Assembly (NCBI GenBank): GCA_034430455.1
Contig: DAOUEO010000140.1
Coordinates: 1-41,471, forward strand
DNA length: 41,471 bases
From: Dehalococcoidia bacterium
GTDB taxonomy: Bacteria; Chloroflexota; Dehalococcoidia; DSTF01; JALHUB01
Direction: 5' to 3'
Position 1 is the stretch's first letter. Every line of letters begins with the position of its first letter. This document shows, piece after piece, positions 10,717 to 21,550 of this stretch. The notes beneath the pieces were generated by a model, which was not told where the DNA came from, ran no database searches, and was given only the letters and a program-made list of their open reading frames with translations. A program made the position numbers and the translations under genes.

Positions 10717-10763
10717 CCACAATATATGGGTATTTGCCCCTTGACAAGCACAATATGTTGTAG
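10717..10763 (+). promoter_or_regulatory. Two tandem NrdR boxes
   Basis: ccaCaAtATaTgGgta (10717-10732) and gcaCaAtATgTtGtag (10748-10763) match 11/16 and 12/16 positions of the NrdR-box palindrome acaCwAtATaTwGtgt. Their spacing is 31 bp, as for known tandem NrdR sites. They form AT-rich islands in GC-rich DNA. Confidence 0.6.
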
Positions 10764-10769
10764 CATACT
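10741..10769 (+). promoter_or_regulatory. Candidate sigma-70-type promoter of the nrdR-nrdJ operon
   Basis: TTGACA (10741-10746), a 17-bp spacer that is almost entirely NrdR box 2, then CATACT (10764-10769). A second gccccTTGACA copy lies at 10686-10696. Confidence 0.4.
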
Positions 10770-10817
10770 TGCGACGCTGTATGGTATCCATATGCGGTGT
10801 CCATGTGTGGTGTCCTT

Positions 10818-11477
10818 ATGCGCTGTCCTTACTGCGGCTTTGAAGACTCGAAGGTGATCGACTCGCGGGACGCCGAGGACGGCGTCCGCCGCCGCCGCGA
10901 GTGCATCTCCTGCGGCGAGCGCTTCACCACCTACGAGCGCGCCCAGGTGACCGGTCTGCTGGTGGTTAAGAAGGACGGCCGCCGCGAGGAGTTCACCCGC
11001 GAGAAGCTGCTGCTGGGGATACGCAAGGCCTGCGAGAAGCGCCCCCTAGCGGTGGGCACGCTGGAGGCGGCGGTGGACAGCATCGAGGCGGCGCTCCACG
11101 AGCAGGGGCTGGCCGAGGTATCGAGCCGGCAGATCGGCGAGATGGCGATGGAGCAGATCCAGGAGCTGGACCACATAGCCTACATCCGTTTCGCCAGCGT
11201 CTACCGCGAGTTCGCCGATCTGGAGGCTCTCAAGGACGAAGTCGAGGCGTTGGAGGAGGCCCGGTCAGGGGCGGGCGCGGGCCAGCAGCCGTCCCTGATA
11301 CCGGAGGATGAGATGGGGAGTCTGGCCCGACCGGCCGCGTGGCGTCCTTTCCGGCAGAGGGGGACCCGCCAGCGGCAGTCTACAGGCAGAGGGGGGCCGT
11401 CTCATCGTCTGTCGTTGAGGCGAAAGGAATCACCTCTTCGTCAGCCTGATGGGGCGGCCCAGGAAAACCTTACCTAG
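10818..11477 (+). CDS. nrdR: Transcriptional repressor NrdR (zinc ribbon + ATP-cone) with a long basic C-terminal tail
   Basis: MRCPYCGFEDSKVIDSRDAEDGVRRRRECISCGERFTTYE is the canonical NrdR zinc ribbon, followed by an ATP-cone (VVKKDGRREEFTREKLL...IAYIRFASVYREF). ATG 10818 gives the canonical N-terminus; the track start is GTG 10797. Confidence 0.9.
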   Translation: MRCPYCGFEDSKVIDSRDAEDGVRRRRECISCGERFTTYERAQVTGLLVVKKDGRREEFTREKLLLGIRKACEKRPLAVGTLEAAVDSIEAALHEQGLAEVSSRQIGEMAMEQIQELDHIAYIRFASVYREFADLEALKDEVEALEEARSGAGAGQQPSLIPEDEMGSLARPAAWRPFRQRGTRQRQSTGRGGPSHRLSLRRKESPLRQPDGAAQENLT

Positions 11478-11507
11478 AACGGGGCACGGCCTGGAAAGGG
11501 GGGTGCA

Positions 11508-11798
11508 TTGTCCAATCAGTGCAGAGTGGTCAACAGCGAGGGAGAGACGGTGGCCACGGGCACCTACGAGATCAACGAGGAGCGCCAACAGGTCACGCTG
11601 CGGCCCCTCCTCGACACCGGCCTGATCGACAAGGAGATGGCCCCCCTCTTTCTGGAGATGGACGACGGCAGGACACTGGAGCTGAGCAGCAGGTTCATGA
11701 AGTTCCGTCTCTACGGGACGGACGGCGAGCGAGAGTCGATCTACCGGCTGCGTTACCAGGCGCGACAGGAGGCGCGGGGCTCACTCACCCCCCGATAA
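11508..11798 (+). CDS. Hypothetical 96-aa protein, no family recognised
   Basis: TTG start preceded by GAAAGGGGGG. There is a strong third-position GC bias in this frame. It sits between nrdR and nrdJ on the same strand. No motif recognised. Confidence 0.55.
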   Translation: MSNQCRVVNSEGETVATGTYEINEERQQVTLRPLLDTGLIDKEMAPLFLEMDDGRTLELSSRFMKFRLYGTDGERESIYRLRYQARQEARGSLTPR

Positions 11799-11936
11799 CA
11801 GGGAATCACACAGCGACGCCGCTGGGGCCTCCCGGCGGTGTCCTCTCTCCGGGGCAGCGGTTGCCGGCTGGACTCGCGGCCCTGACGGCGGCTCTGGGGA
11901 GACAAAGGAACCGTGGGGAGGAAAGGACATGACACG

Positions 11937-14657
<2,721 letters not shown>

Positions 14658-14711
14658 TAGGGTGTGTTCGCCGTCGGCCAAATCCTCACCCGCCACCAGC
14701 AGGTCGACGGC

Positions 14712-14786
14712 GGCTCCGAGAAGTGGCGTCCTCGCCCCTCGAGGGCGCCACTTCATGCATAGCGCGTATGAGGCTCCTCGAAGTGG
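14712..14786 (+). promoter_or_regulatory. Structured intergenic RNA element with mutually exclusive pairings (function unknown)
   Basis: 15-bp hairpin 14720-14754 (gaagtggcgUcctcg / cgaggGcgccacttc, 5-nt loop). The 3' arm ccacttc (14748-14754) can instead pair with a second gaagtgg at 14780-14786. Segments GGCTCCgaGAAGTGG (14712-14726) and GGCTCCtcGAAGTGG (14772-14786) are direct repeats. Confidence 0.4.
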
Positions 14787-14832
14787 TAGACTGTTCGGAG
14801 GGACTTGCGGTAGGAGACCTGACGGATAGGGG

Positions 14833-17241
14833 ATGAAGTCCGGGGGTGCCGCTATGACAGCAAGGCGGGGGACAGCCAAGCCGATCGCCCTATCGGATAA
14901 CGCGCGGGTGGTGCTGGAACGGCGCTACCTGGCCAAGGACAGGCGCGGTCGCGTCGTCGAGACGCCGGAGCAACTCTTCCGGCGGGTGGCCCGCGCCGTC
15001 GCCCAGGCGGAGACGGAGCACGGCGCCAAGCCAGCGGAGACGGCGGCGTGGGAGAAACGCTTCTACGAACTGATGACCGGCCTCCGCTTCCTCCCCAACT
15101 CGCCTACCCTGGGGAACGCCGGCCGCCCCCTGCAGCAGCTCGCCGCCTGCTTCGTCCTGCCGGTGAACGACTCGATGGGGGAGATCTTCGGCGCCGTCCG
15201 CGACATGGCCGTGATCCACAAGAGCGGCGGCGGGACAGGCTTCTCGTTCAGCCGCCTGCGCCCTGCCGGGGACCAGGTGCGGAGCACGGCCGGATTGGCG
15301 AGCGGTCCGGTCTCTTTCCTCAAGGTGTTCGACGCGGCGACGGAGGCGATCAAGCAGGGCGGGAGACGGCGTGGCGCCAACATGGCGATCCTCGCCGTCG
15401 ACCACCCCGACATCGAGGGGTTCATCGGCGCCAAGGCGGACATGGTATCCCTCACCAACTTCAACATCTCGGTGGCGGCAAACGAGCGCTTCATGGCGGC
15501 GGTGGAGGGGGACGAGGAGTACGCGCTGCTGAACCCCCGCACGCGGCGGCCGGTGGGACGGCGGCGGGCGCGGGAGGTGTTCCGCCTGATCGTGGAGAAC
15601 GCCTGGCAAAACGGCGACCCCGGCCTCGTCTTCATCGACCGCGTGAACAGGGACAACCCCACACCCCACCTGGGCGCGATCGAGGCGACGAACCCCTGCG
15701 GCGAGCAGCCGCTCCTGCCCTACGAGTCGTGCAACCTGGGCTCGCTGAACCTGTCGCGGTTCGTGAAGGAGGGCGCGGCGCCAGCGCGACGGAAGACGAA
15801 GGAGACGGCGGCGAAGGCTGTCGACTGGGAAGGTCTGGCGTCGGCGATCCCCGTCTGCGTGCGCTTCCTGGACAACGTCATCGACGTTAACCGATACCCG
15901 ATCCCTCAGATCGAGGAGATGACGAAGAGGACGCGCAAGATCGGGCTGGGGGTGATGGGCTGGGCCGACCTCCTGTTCCAGCTCGGCATCCCCTACAACT
16001 CCGAGGAGGCGCTGCGTCTGGGCGAGCGCATGATGGCGTTCATCCAGGAGAAGGCCGATGAGGCGTCGGAGCGGCTGGCGGATGAGCGCGGCGTCTTCCC
16101 CGCCTGGGAGGGCAGCGTCTACGCCGCGAAGGGCCGCGGCCAGCGGCGGCTGCGCAACTCGACCCGCACGACGGTGGCGCCGACGGGGACGCTGTCGATA
16201 ATCGCCGACTGCTCGGGCGGGACCGAGCCGGTCTTCGCCCTGGCGTTCACCCGGCAGCACTATCTCGACCCCAAGCGGCCGCAGACGGTCACCCGGCTCA
16301 GGGAGGTCAACAAGCGCTTCGAGCGGGCGGCTAGAGAGGGCGGTTTCCACTCCCAGGAGTTGCTCGACGCGCTGGCGGCCGGCGGCAGCCTTCAGGATCA
16401 GGCGGCGGCGCCGGAGTGGGCGAAGAGGCTCTTCGTGACGGCGCACGACGTGTCGCCGGAGTGGCACGTGCGCATGCAGGCGGCGTTCCAGCGGCACACC
16501 GATAACGCCGTGAGCAAGACGATCAACTTCCCCCACGACGCCACGCCCGAAGACGTGGAGAAGGCGTACCTGCTGGCCTACCACGAGGGGTGCAAGGGGA
16601 TCACGATCTACCGCGACCTGTCACGGGAGATGCAGGTGCTCTCCCACGCCACCGTCCGCGGCCCCGAGCAGGCGGAGGCGGTCGCCGCCGAGCGGGCGCT
16701 GGGGCCCCCGGCGCCGGCGCGGCGACCGGGCGAGCCCTACCGGCGGCGTCTGCCCGACGAGAGGGAGTCGATCACACACAAGTTCCGGGTGGGCGACCAG
16801 GAGGGCTACGTAACGGTGGGTCTGTACGAGGACGGGAACCCGGGCGAGGTGTTCGTAACCATCTCGAAGGAGGGGTCGACGATACGGGGGCTGATGGACT
16901 CGGTGGCGGTGCTGACGTCGCTGGCGCTGCAGTACGGCGTCCCTGTCGACGACCTGGCGCGGAAGTTCAGCGGCGTCCGCTTCGAGCCGCACGGCTTCAC
17001 GAACGACCCGGACCTGCCGCAGGCGACGTCGATCGTCGACTACATATTCCGCTGGCTCTCGGAGAGGTTCGGCGCGGAGGCGAGGGCGCGGCCGCGGCGG
17101 CGACGGCGGCCCCACAAGGTCAGCCTGCCTTCGAAGGGGGACATCAGCACGGGGGTAGCGTGTCCGGAGTGCGGGTCGGTGATGGTGTTCGCGGAGGGGT
17201 GCCTGTTGTGCCGGTCGTGTGGGTATGAGAAGTGCGGCTAG
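14833..17241 (+). CDS. nrdJ: Class II (adenosylcobalamin-dependent) ribonucleotide reductase, second paralog
   Basis: Has LSDNARVVLERRYL at the N-terminus, LAACFVLPVND, NPCGEQPLLPYESCNLGSLNL and DNAVSKTINFP. The C-terminal block is RRLPDERESITHKFRVGDQEGYVTVGLYEDGNPGEVF, and the tail is CPECG...CLLCRSCG. The start could be ATG 14833 or ATG 14854. Confidence 0.9.
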   Translation: MKSGGAAMTARRGTAKPIALSDNARVVLERRYLAKDRRGRVVETPEQLFRRVARAVAQAETEHGAKPAETAAWEKRFYELMTGLRFLPNSPTLGNAGRPLQQLAACFVLPVNDSMGEIFGAVRDMAVIHKSGGGTGFSFSRLRPAGDQVRSTAGLASGPVSFLKVFDAATEAIKQGGRRRGANMAILAVDHPDIEGFIGAKADMVSLTNFNISVAANERFMAAVEGDEEYALLNPRTRRPVGRRRAREVFRLIVENAWQNGDPGLVFIDRVNRDNPTPHLGAIEATNPCGEQPLLPYESCNLGSLNLSRFVKEGAAPARRKTKETAAKAVDWEGLASAIPVCVRFLDNVIDVNRYPIPQIEEMTKRTRKIGLGVMGWADLLFQLGIPYNSEEALRLGERMMAFIQEKADEASERLADERGVFPAWEGSVYAAKGRGQRRLRNSTRTTVAPTGTLSIIADCSGGTEPVFALAFTRQHYLDPKRPQTVTRLREVNKRFERAAREGGFHSQELLDALAAGGSLQDQAAAPEWAKRLFVTAHDVSPEWHVRMQAAFQRHTDNAVSKTINFPHDATPEDVEKAYLLAYHEGCKGITIYRDLSREMQVLSHATVRGPEQAEAVAAERALGPPAPARRPGEPYRRRLPDERESITHKFRVGDQEGYVTVGLYEDGNPGEVFVTISKEGSTIRGLMDSVAVLTSLALQYGVPVDDLARKFSGVRFEPHGFTNDPDLPQATSIVDYIFRWLSERFGAEARARPRRRRRPHKVSLPSKGDISTGVACPECGSVMVFAEGCLLCRSCGYEKCG

Positions 17242-17361
17242 AGGGCCGGAGGAGCCGTCCGCCCAGCATGAGGCGCTGGTGTGCGCGTGGGCAGCGTCGG
17301 CGTGGTTGGCGTAACATGAGCGTCCTTCTTCCCACCCACCCGCCCTAGGAAAGTCAGAGAA

Positions 17362-17407
17362 GTTCAAGGGGACACCCCTTGAACCCCGGCAAAGGGGCTT
17401 CGCCCCT
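17362..17407 (+). terminator. Two GC-rich hairpins downstream of nrdJ2 (terminator-like, no U tract)
   Basis: gttcaagggg-aca-ccccttgaac (17362-17384, perfect 10-bp stem) followed by aggggc-ttc-gcccct (17393-17407). Confidence 0.4.
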
Positions 17408-17491
17408 CTGCACTCCCTCCTCTTGAGGGTAGAGTTGATGACCGGTAGGATAGGATCACGTCCAAGTCGCGTTGACACAGGCCAAGAAACG

Positions 17492-18226
17492 ATGACCCCG
17501 GAAACGAACCGAACGACTTCAGCAGCCGACATCGCCGAGAATCTGCGCCGCGTGCGCGAGCGCATCGACGCCGCCTGCCACCGCGCCGGCCGCTCGCCCG
17601 ACGGGGTGACGATCATCGGCGTCAGCAAGGGCTTCCCCGTCGAGGCGGTCGTCGCCGCATACGAAGCTGGGCTCGTCGACATCGGGGAGAACCGGGTGCA
17701 GGAGGCGGCAGGGAAGGTCCCGGCAGCAGCAGCGCAGGGGGCGCGACCGCGCTGGCATCTGGTCGGCCATCTCCAGACGAATAAGGTAAAGACAGCTCTG
17801 GGGCTGTTTGGTATAATCCACAGCGTCGATTCGCTGCGCCTGGCGGAGGTGATCAGCAGGGGGGCGGGGGCGCGCGCGCCCGTGCCCGTCCTGCTGGAGG
17901 TGAACGTAGCGGGCGAGGAATCGAAGTACGGGCTCAAGCCGGACGAGGTCGCGTCGGCGCTGGCACGGGCGCGCGCGCTGCCAGACGTCGATGTGCAGGG
18001 CCTGATGACGGTCGCCCCTCTAGCAGCAGACATCGAGGAGGTGCGACCGGTCTTCCGGCGGCTTAGGGAGCTGGGCGAGTCGCTGGGGCTGCGGCACCTC
18101 TCGATGGGGATGAGCGACGACTTCGAGGTGGCGGTGGAGGAAGGGGCGACGCTGGTGCGCATCGGACGGGCGATCTTCGGGCCACGGCCCGACCCTTTCC
18201 AGGCGCCGCGGCCGGCAACCCAGTGA
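17492..18226 (+). CDS. yggS: YggS/PLPBP-family pyridoxal-phosphate homeostasis protein
   Basis: Contains TIIGVSKGFPVEAVVAAYEAGLVDIGENRVQE, WHLVGHLQTNKVK, and a SMGMSDDFEVAVEEGATLVRIG C-terminus. ATG 17492 gives the usual length; the track start is 17423. Confidence 0.85.
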   Translation: MTPETNRTTSAADIAENLRRVRERIDAACHRAGRSPDGVTIIGVSKGFPVEAVVAAYEAGLVDIGENRVQEAAGKVPAAAAQGARPRWHLVGHLQTNKVKTALGLFGIIHSVDSLRLAEVISRGAGARAPVPVLLEVNVAGEESKYGLKPDEVASALARARALPDVDVQGLMTVAPLAADIEEVRPVFRRLRELGESLGLRHLSMGMSDDFEVAVEEGATLVRIGRAIFGPRPDPFQAPRPATQ

Positions 18227-18255
18227 AGGACTGCTGAGGAAGGACGCGAGGAGCT

Positions 18256-19071
18256 ATGCGGATCGCTTTCATCGGCGGCGGGACGATGGCGGGAGCCGTC
18301 ATCAGCGCCGTCCTGTCCCACAAGGTGGCGGGCCCGAATGACATCATCGCCGGCGAGCCGCTGCCCGAGAGGCGCGACGCCCTCCGCGAGCGCCACAAGA
18401 TCGCCGTTACCGCCGACAACCGGGAGGCCGTGAACGGCGCGCATATCGTCGTGCTTGCCGTCAAGCCTCATCAGTTCCCTGTCGTCGCCGCCGACCTCAA
18501 GGGGCGACTGAGCCCCGATCAGACCGTCCTCTCGATCATGGCCGGCGTGACCGTGGCGACGCTGCAGGCCAGCCTCGACCACGCCGCCGTCGTGCGGGCG
18601 ATGCCCAACACGCCCGCCCAAGTCGGCGAAGGGATGTGCGCCTGGACAGCCGCTGCGGAGGTGAAGCCGAAGGCGCGGGATCAGGCGCGACAGGTGCTGG
18701 CGGCCACCGGCAAGGAGGTCTATTTCGAGGACGAGAAGTATATCGACATGGCCACGGCGGTCTCCGGGAGCGGGCCGGGCTTCCTTTTCCTGCTGATGGA
18801 GGCGTTCATCGACGGGGCGGTGCACCTGGGTCTGCCGCGGGAGACGGCGGGCGAGATGGTCATCCAGACGTTCCTGGGGTCGGCGCGGCTCGCGCAGGAG
18901 ACGGGCCGGCCGGTGGCGGAGCTGCGCAGCCTGGTGACGACGCCCGGCGGCACGACCGCCGAGGGTCTGCTGGCGCTGGAGAGCGCGGGCGCGCGGGCCG
19001 CGATCGCCGAGGCGCTTATCGCCGCCTATGAGAAGGCGCAGTCTCTAAGGGGAGGTAAGCCGCGGCAATGA
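18256..19071 (+). CDS. proC: Pyrroline-5-carboxylate reductase
   Basis: MRIAFIGGGTMAG Rossmann start, RAMPNTPA and TTPGGTTAEGL signature blocks. Confidence 0.9.
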   Translation: MRIAFIGGGTMAGAVISAVLSHKVAGPNDIIAGEPLPERRDALRERHKIAVTADNREAVNGAHIVVLAVKPHQFPVVAADLKGRLSPDQTVLSIMAGVTVATLQASLDHAAVVRAMPNTPAQVGEGMCAWTAAAEVKPKARDQARQVLAATGKEVYFEDEKYIDMATAVSGSGPGFLFLLMEAFIDGAVHLGLPRETAGEMVIQTFLGSARLAQETGRPVAELRSLVTTPGGTTAEGLLALESAGARAAIAEALIAAYEKAQSLRGGKPRQ

Positions 19072-19322
19072 TCTTCGTTCGCTTTGTAGAGGTCTTCACG
19101 GACATCATGATCGCGGCGATCTTCGTGCGGGTGCTCCTGTCCTGGGTCGTCAGCGATCCGCGAAACCCCCTTGTCAACGTGCTCGATCAGATAACCGAGC
19201 CGATACTCGGGCCGCTGCGCCGGTTCGTGCCCCGCCTGGGGATGTTCGACCTCACGCCGATGGTAGCGATGATCCTGCTGATCGCTATCCAGCAGATGGT
19301 GATCAGCTTCTACGGCAGCTAG
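19068..19322 (+). CDS. yggT: YggT-family small membrane protein
   Basis: 84 aa with two hydrophobic helices and a YGGT-like core (ARVLLSW...NP...QITEPILGPLRR..P..G..DL.P). ATGA overlap with the proC stop. yggS-proC-yggT is a known conserved arrangement. Confidence 0.8.
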   Translation: MIFVRFVEVFTDIMIAAIFVRVLLSWVVSDPRNPLVNVLDQITEPILGPLRRFVPRLGMFDLTPMVAMILLIAIQQMVISFYGS

Positions 19323-19595
19323 CTACCTCTTCCCGCCGAGACGAGCGCGCACATCCTCCTGTGAGACTCCCTCGACAGCGATGACCTTCTCCCGCGAGGT
19401 CCGGCCCCTGACGAGCTGCAGCTGGCTGCGGGGAACGCCGAGAGCCTCGGCGAGCAGCCGGAGCAAGGCATCGTTCGCCCTCCCCTCGACGGGGGGCGCG
19501 GCGACCCGCACGCGGAGGAGGTCGCCGTCCCAGCCGTCGATCTGGTTGCGGCCGGCCCGCGGCGTAAGGCGCACCCGGATAAGGAACGATTCCAC
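19323..19595 (-). CDS. yggU: DUF167/YggU-family protein
   Basis: 90 aa with [18 protein letters not shown]....[16 protein letters not shown]...LAE.LGV and a GTG start. It abuts the yggT stop with no intergenic base. Confidence 0.8.
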   Translation of the reverse strand: MESFLIRVRLTPRAGRNQIDGWDGDLLRVRVAAPPVEGRANDALLRLLAEALGVPRSQLQLVRGRTSREKVIAVEGVSQEDVRARLGGKR

Positions 19596-19650
19596 GGCCC
19601 CATCCTATCGCATCGCCGTGCTGAGCGCAGTCGCGCGGTGACACTCCGCC

Positions 19651-19679
19651 TTGCGGGGCGCCGATCCCCGTGCTATGAT
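19651..19679 (+). promoter_or_regulatory. Candidate recA promoter (extended -10)
   Basis: TTGCGG (19651-19656), 17-bp spacer, TGcTATGAT (19671-19679), about 60 nt upstream of the recA ATG. Confidence 0.45.
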
Positions 19680-19739
19680 GCGGCTAAGAAGGAAATCTGC
19701 GCAGGTTTCTTAGCAATATCACGATTTCGGAGGTGGCCC

Positions 19740-20786
19740 ATGACCGGCGGCGAGAAAGGTCAGGCGCTGGAGCTGGCTATCGGGCAGATCGAGAAGCAGT
19801 TCGGCCGGGGGGCGATCATGCGCCTCGGCGAGGCGTCGGCGCATCTCCAGGTGGAGGCGATACCCACGGGGTCGATCTCGCTCGACATGGCCCTCGGCGT
19901 GGGCGGCATCCCGCGGGCACGGGTGACGGAGATCTTCGGCCCCGAGTCCACCGGCAAGTCGACACTGGCCCAGCACATCATCGCCGAAGCGCAGAAGATA
20001 GGCGGCACGGCCGCCTACATCGACGTCGAGCACGCCCTCGACCCCTCCTACGCGGCGGCCTGCGGGATCAAGGTCGAGGACCTGCTGATATCGCAGCCGG
20101 ACACCGGCGAGCAGGCGCTGGAGATAACCGAGGCGCTGGTGCGGAGCAACGCCCTGGACGTGATAGTGATCGACAGCGTGGCCGCCCTGGTGCCGCGAGC
20201 GGAGATCGAAGGGGAGATGGGCGACTCGCTGCCGGGGCTGCAGGCGCGTCTGATGTCGCAGGCGCTACGGAAGCTGGCGGGCGCCATCAGCCGCTCCCGC
20301 ACGGCGGTCATCTTCATCAACCAGCTCCGCGAGAAGGTGGGGATCGTCTTCGGCAACCCGGAGGTGACCCCCGGCGGGCGGGCGCTCAAGTTCTACAGCT
20401 CCGTGCGCATCGACCTGCGGCGGATAGAGAGCCTCAAGCAGGGACAGCAGTTCATCGGCAGCCGGGTGCGGGCGAAGGTGGTGAAGAACAAGGTGGCGGC
20501 GCCCTTCCGGGTGGCCGAGTTCGATATTATGTTCACCGGCAAGGCCCAGGGGATCAGCCGCGAGGGCGACCTCCTCGACCTGGCGGTGGACATGGGGATC
20601 ATCAAGAAGATGGGCTCCTTCTTCAGCTACGGCGAGCTCCGCCTCGGGCAGGGACGGGAGAACGCCAAGGAGCTCCTGCGCGAGAACCCCGACCTGGCCC
20701 GCGAGATCGAGCTGAAGATCAGGGGCGGCGGCAACGGCCAGCCGGCCCCAGTCGCCGCGGAGGAGGTCGCCGGGGCCACGGAGTAG
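19740..20786 (+). CDS. recA: Recombinase RecA
   Basis: [26 protein letters not shown] start, Walker [10 protein letters not shown], and [13 protein letters not shown] 19740 follows GGAGGTGG. The track ORF's 5' extension from 19638 is not RecA-like. Confidence 0.95.
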   Translation: MTGGEKGQALELAIGQIEKQFGRGAIMRLGEASAHLQVEAIPTGSISLDMALGVGGIPRARVTEIFGPESTGKSTLAQHIIAEAQKIGGTAAYIDVEHALDPSYAAACGIKVEDLLISQPDTGEQALEITEALVRSNALDVIVIDSVAALVPRAEIEGEMGDSLPGLQARLMSQALRKLAGAISRSRTAVIFINQLREKVGIVFGNPEVTPGGRALKFYSSVRIDLRRIESLKQGQQFIGSRVRAKVVKNKVAAPFRVAEFDIMFTGKAQGISREGDLLDLAVDMGIIKKMGSFFSYGELRLGQGRENAKELLRENPDLAREIELKIRGGGNGQPAPVAAEEVAGATE

Positions 20787-20866
20787 AAAAAACCGGGCAA
20801 CATCACAGGCAAGGGGGCTGGGCCACGGGCGCGGCCCTCAATCATATCCGCAAGGCGAGGCACACG

Positions 20867-21514
20867 ATGATCATCACCGCGCTGGAGCGCCAGCAGCGAC
20901 GGCGGCGCGTCAACGTCTTCGTGGACGGACGGTTCGCCCTGTCGCTCGCCCTCAGCCTAGCCCAGGAGAAGGGGCTGCACTCCGAGATGGAGGTCACGGA
21001 GGCGGACCTCCGCGCCCTCCGCGAGGAGGACGAGCGCCGCAGCGCCTACGAGGCCGCCCTCCGTCTCCTCTCCTACCGTCCCCGCAGCGAGAAGGAGATA
21101 CGCTTCCGGCTGGGGCGCCGCGGGGTCGCGCCGGAGGTCGTCGAGGAGACGGTGAAGACGCTGCGCCAGCGGCACTACCTCGACGACGGGGCCTTCGCCC
21201 AGTTCTGGACGGAGCGGCGGGACAGCGCGAGTCCCCGCAGCCGCGCCCTGATCCAGAGCGAGCTCCGCTTCAAGGGGATCGACGCCGAGACGGCCTCGTC
21301 GACGGTGGAGGGCCTCGACGACGAAGAGGCGGCCTATCGAGCGGCGGCGAAGCGGCTGCCCGCCCTGGCGGGGCTGAGCCGCGATCTCTTCCGGCGGCGG
21401 CTAGGCGGGTTCCTGACGCGGCGGGGCTTCGCCTACGACGTCGTCCGGCGCACGCTGGAGCGGTGCTGGAGCGAAGTGAGCGGCGATTCCGGGCTGTCGG
21501 AGGAGGGCCCGTAG
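20867..21514 (+). CDS. recX: RecA regulator RecX
   Basis: MIITALERQQRRRRVNVFVDGRFALSL..., then the repeated helical RecX pattern (AL.LLSYRPRSEKE....L.RRGV..E....). It lies directly after recA. The track ORF 19733..21514 is this frame running open through recA. Confidence 0.85.
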   Translation: MIITALERQQRRRRVNVFVDGRFALSLALSLAQEKGLHSEMEVTEADLRALREEDERRSAYEAALRLLSYRPRSEKEIRFRLGRRGVAPEVVEETVKTLRQRHYLDDGAFAQFWTERRDSASPRSRALIQSELRFKGIDAETASSTVEGLDDEEAAYRAAAKRLPALAGLSRDLFRRRLGGFLTRRGFAYDVVRRTLERCWSEVSGDSGLSEEGP

Positions 21515-21550
21515 CCGTCCCAGCGGCAGCGCGACGGGGCCGGTTCTTCC

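Noticed and set aside
10792-10860. Out-of-frame upstream ATG (10792) encoding MRCPCVV..., a near-duplicate of the nrdR start (tatgcgGtgtcc vs tatgcgCtgtcc).
   Set aside because: It gives only a 21-aa peptide overlapping the nrdR start. It most likely reflects a small local duplication, and there is no independent evidence for function.
11799-11936. Possible cobalamin riboswitch or NrdR box upstream of nrdJ1 (the region begins with an AGGGAA string).
   Set aside because: No B12 box, no GCCACUG element and no AT-rich NrdR-type palindrome. Only generic GC-rich sequence is present.
17367-17379. Identical 13-mer aggggacacccct at 17367-17379 and 37268-37280, considered as a possible dispersed REP-like repeat.
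   Set aside because: Identical 13-mers are expected several times by chance in about 41 kb of GC-biased sequence on two strands. Only the hairpin potential and the position after stops is retained.
19596-19739. Canonical Gram-positive/Chloroflexi-type LexA box (GAAC-N4-GTTC) upstream of recA. The uvrC upstream region (35340-35421) was also checked.
   Set aside because: The motif is not present in either region.
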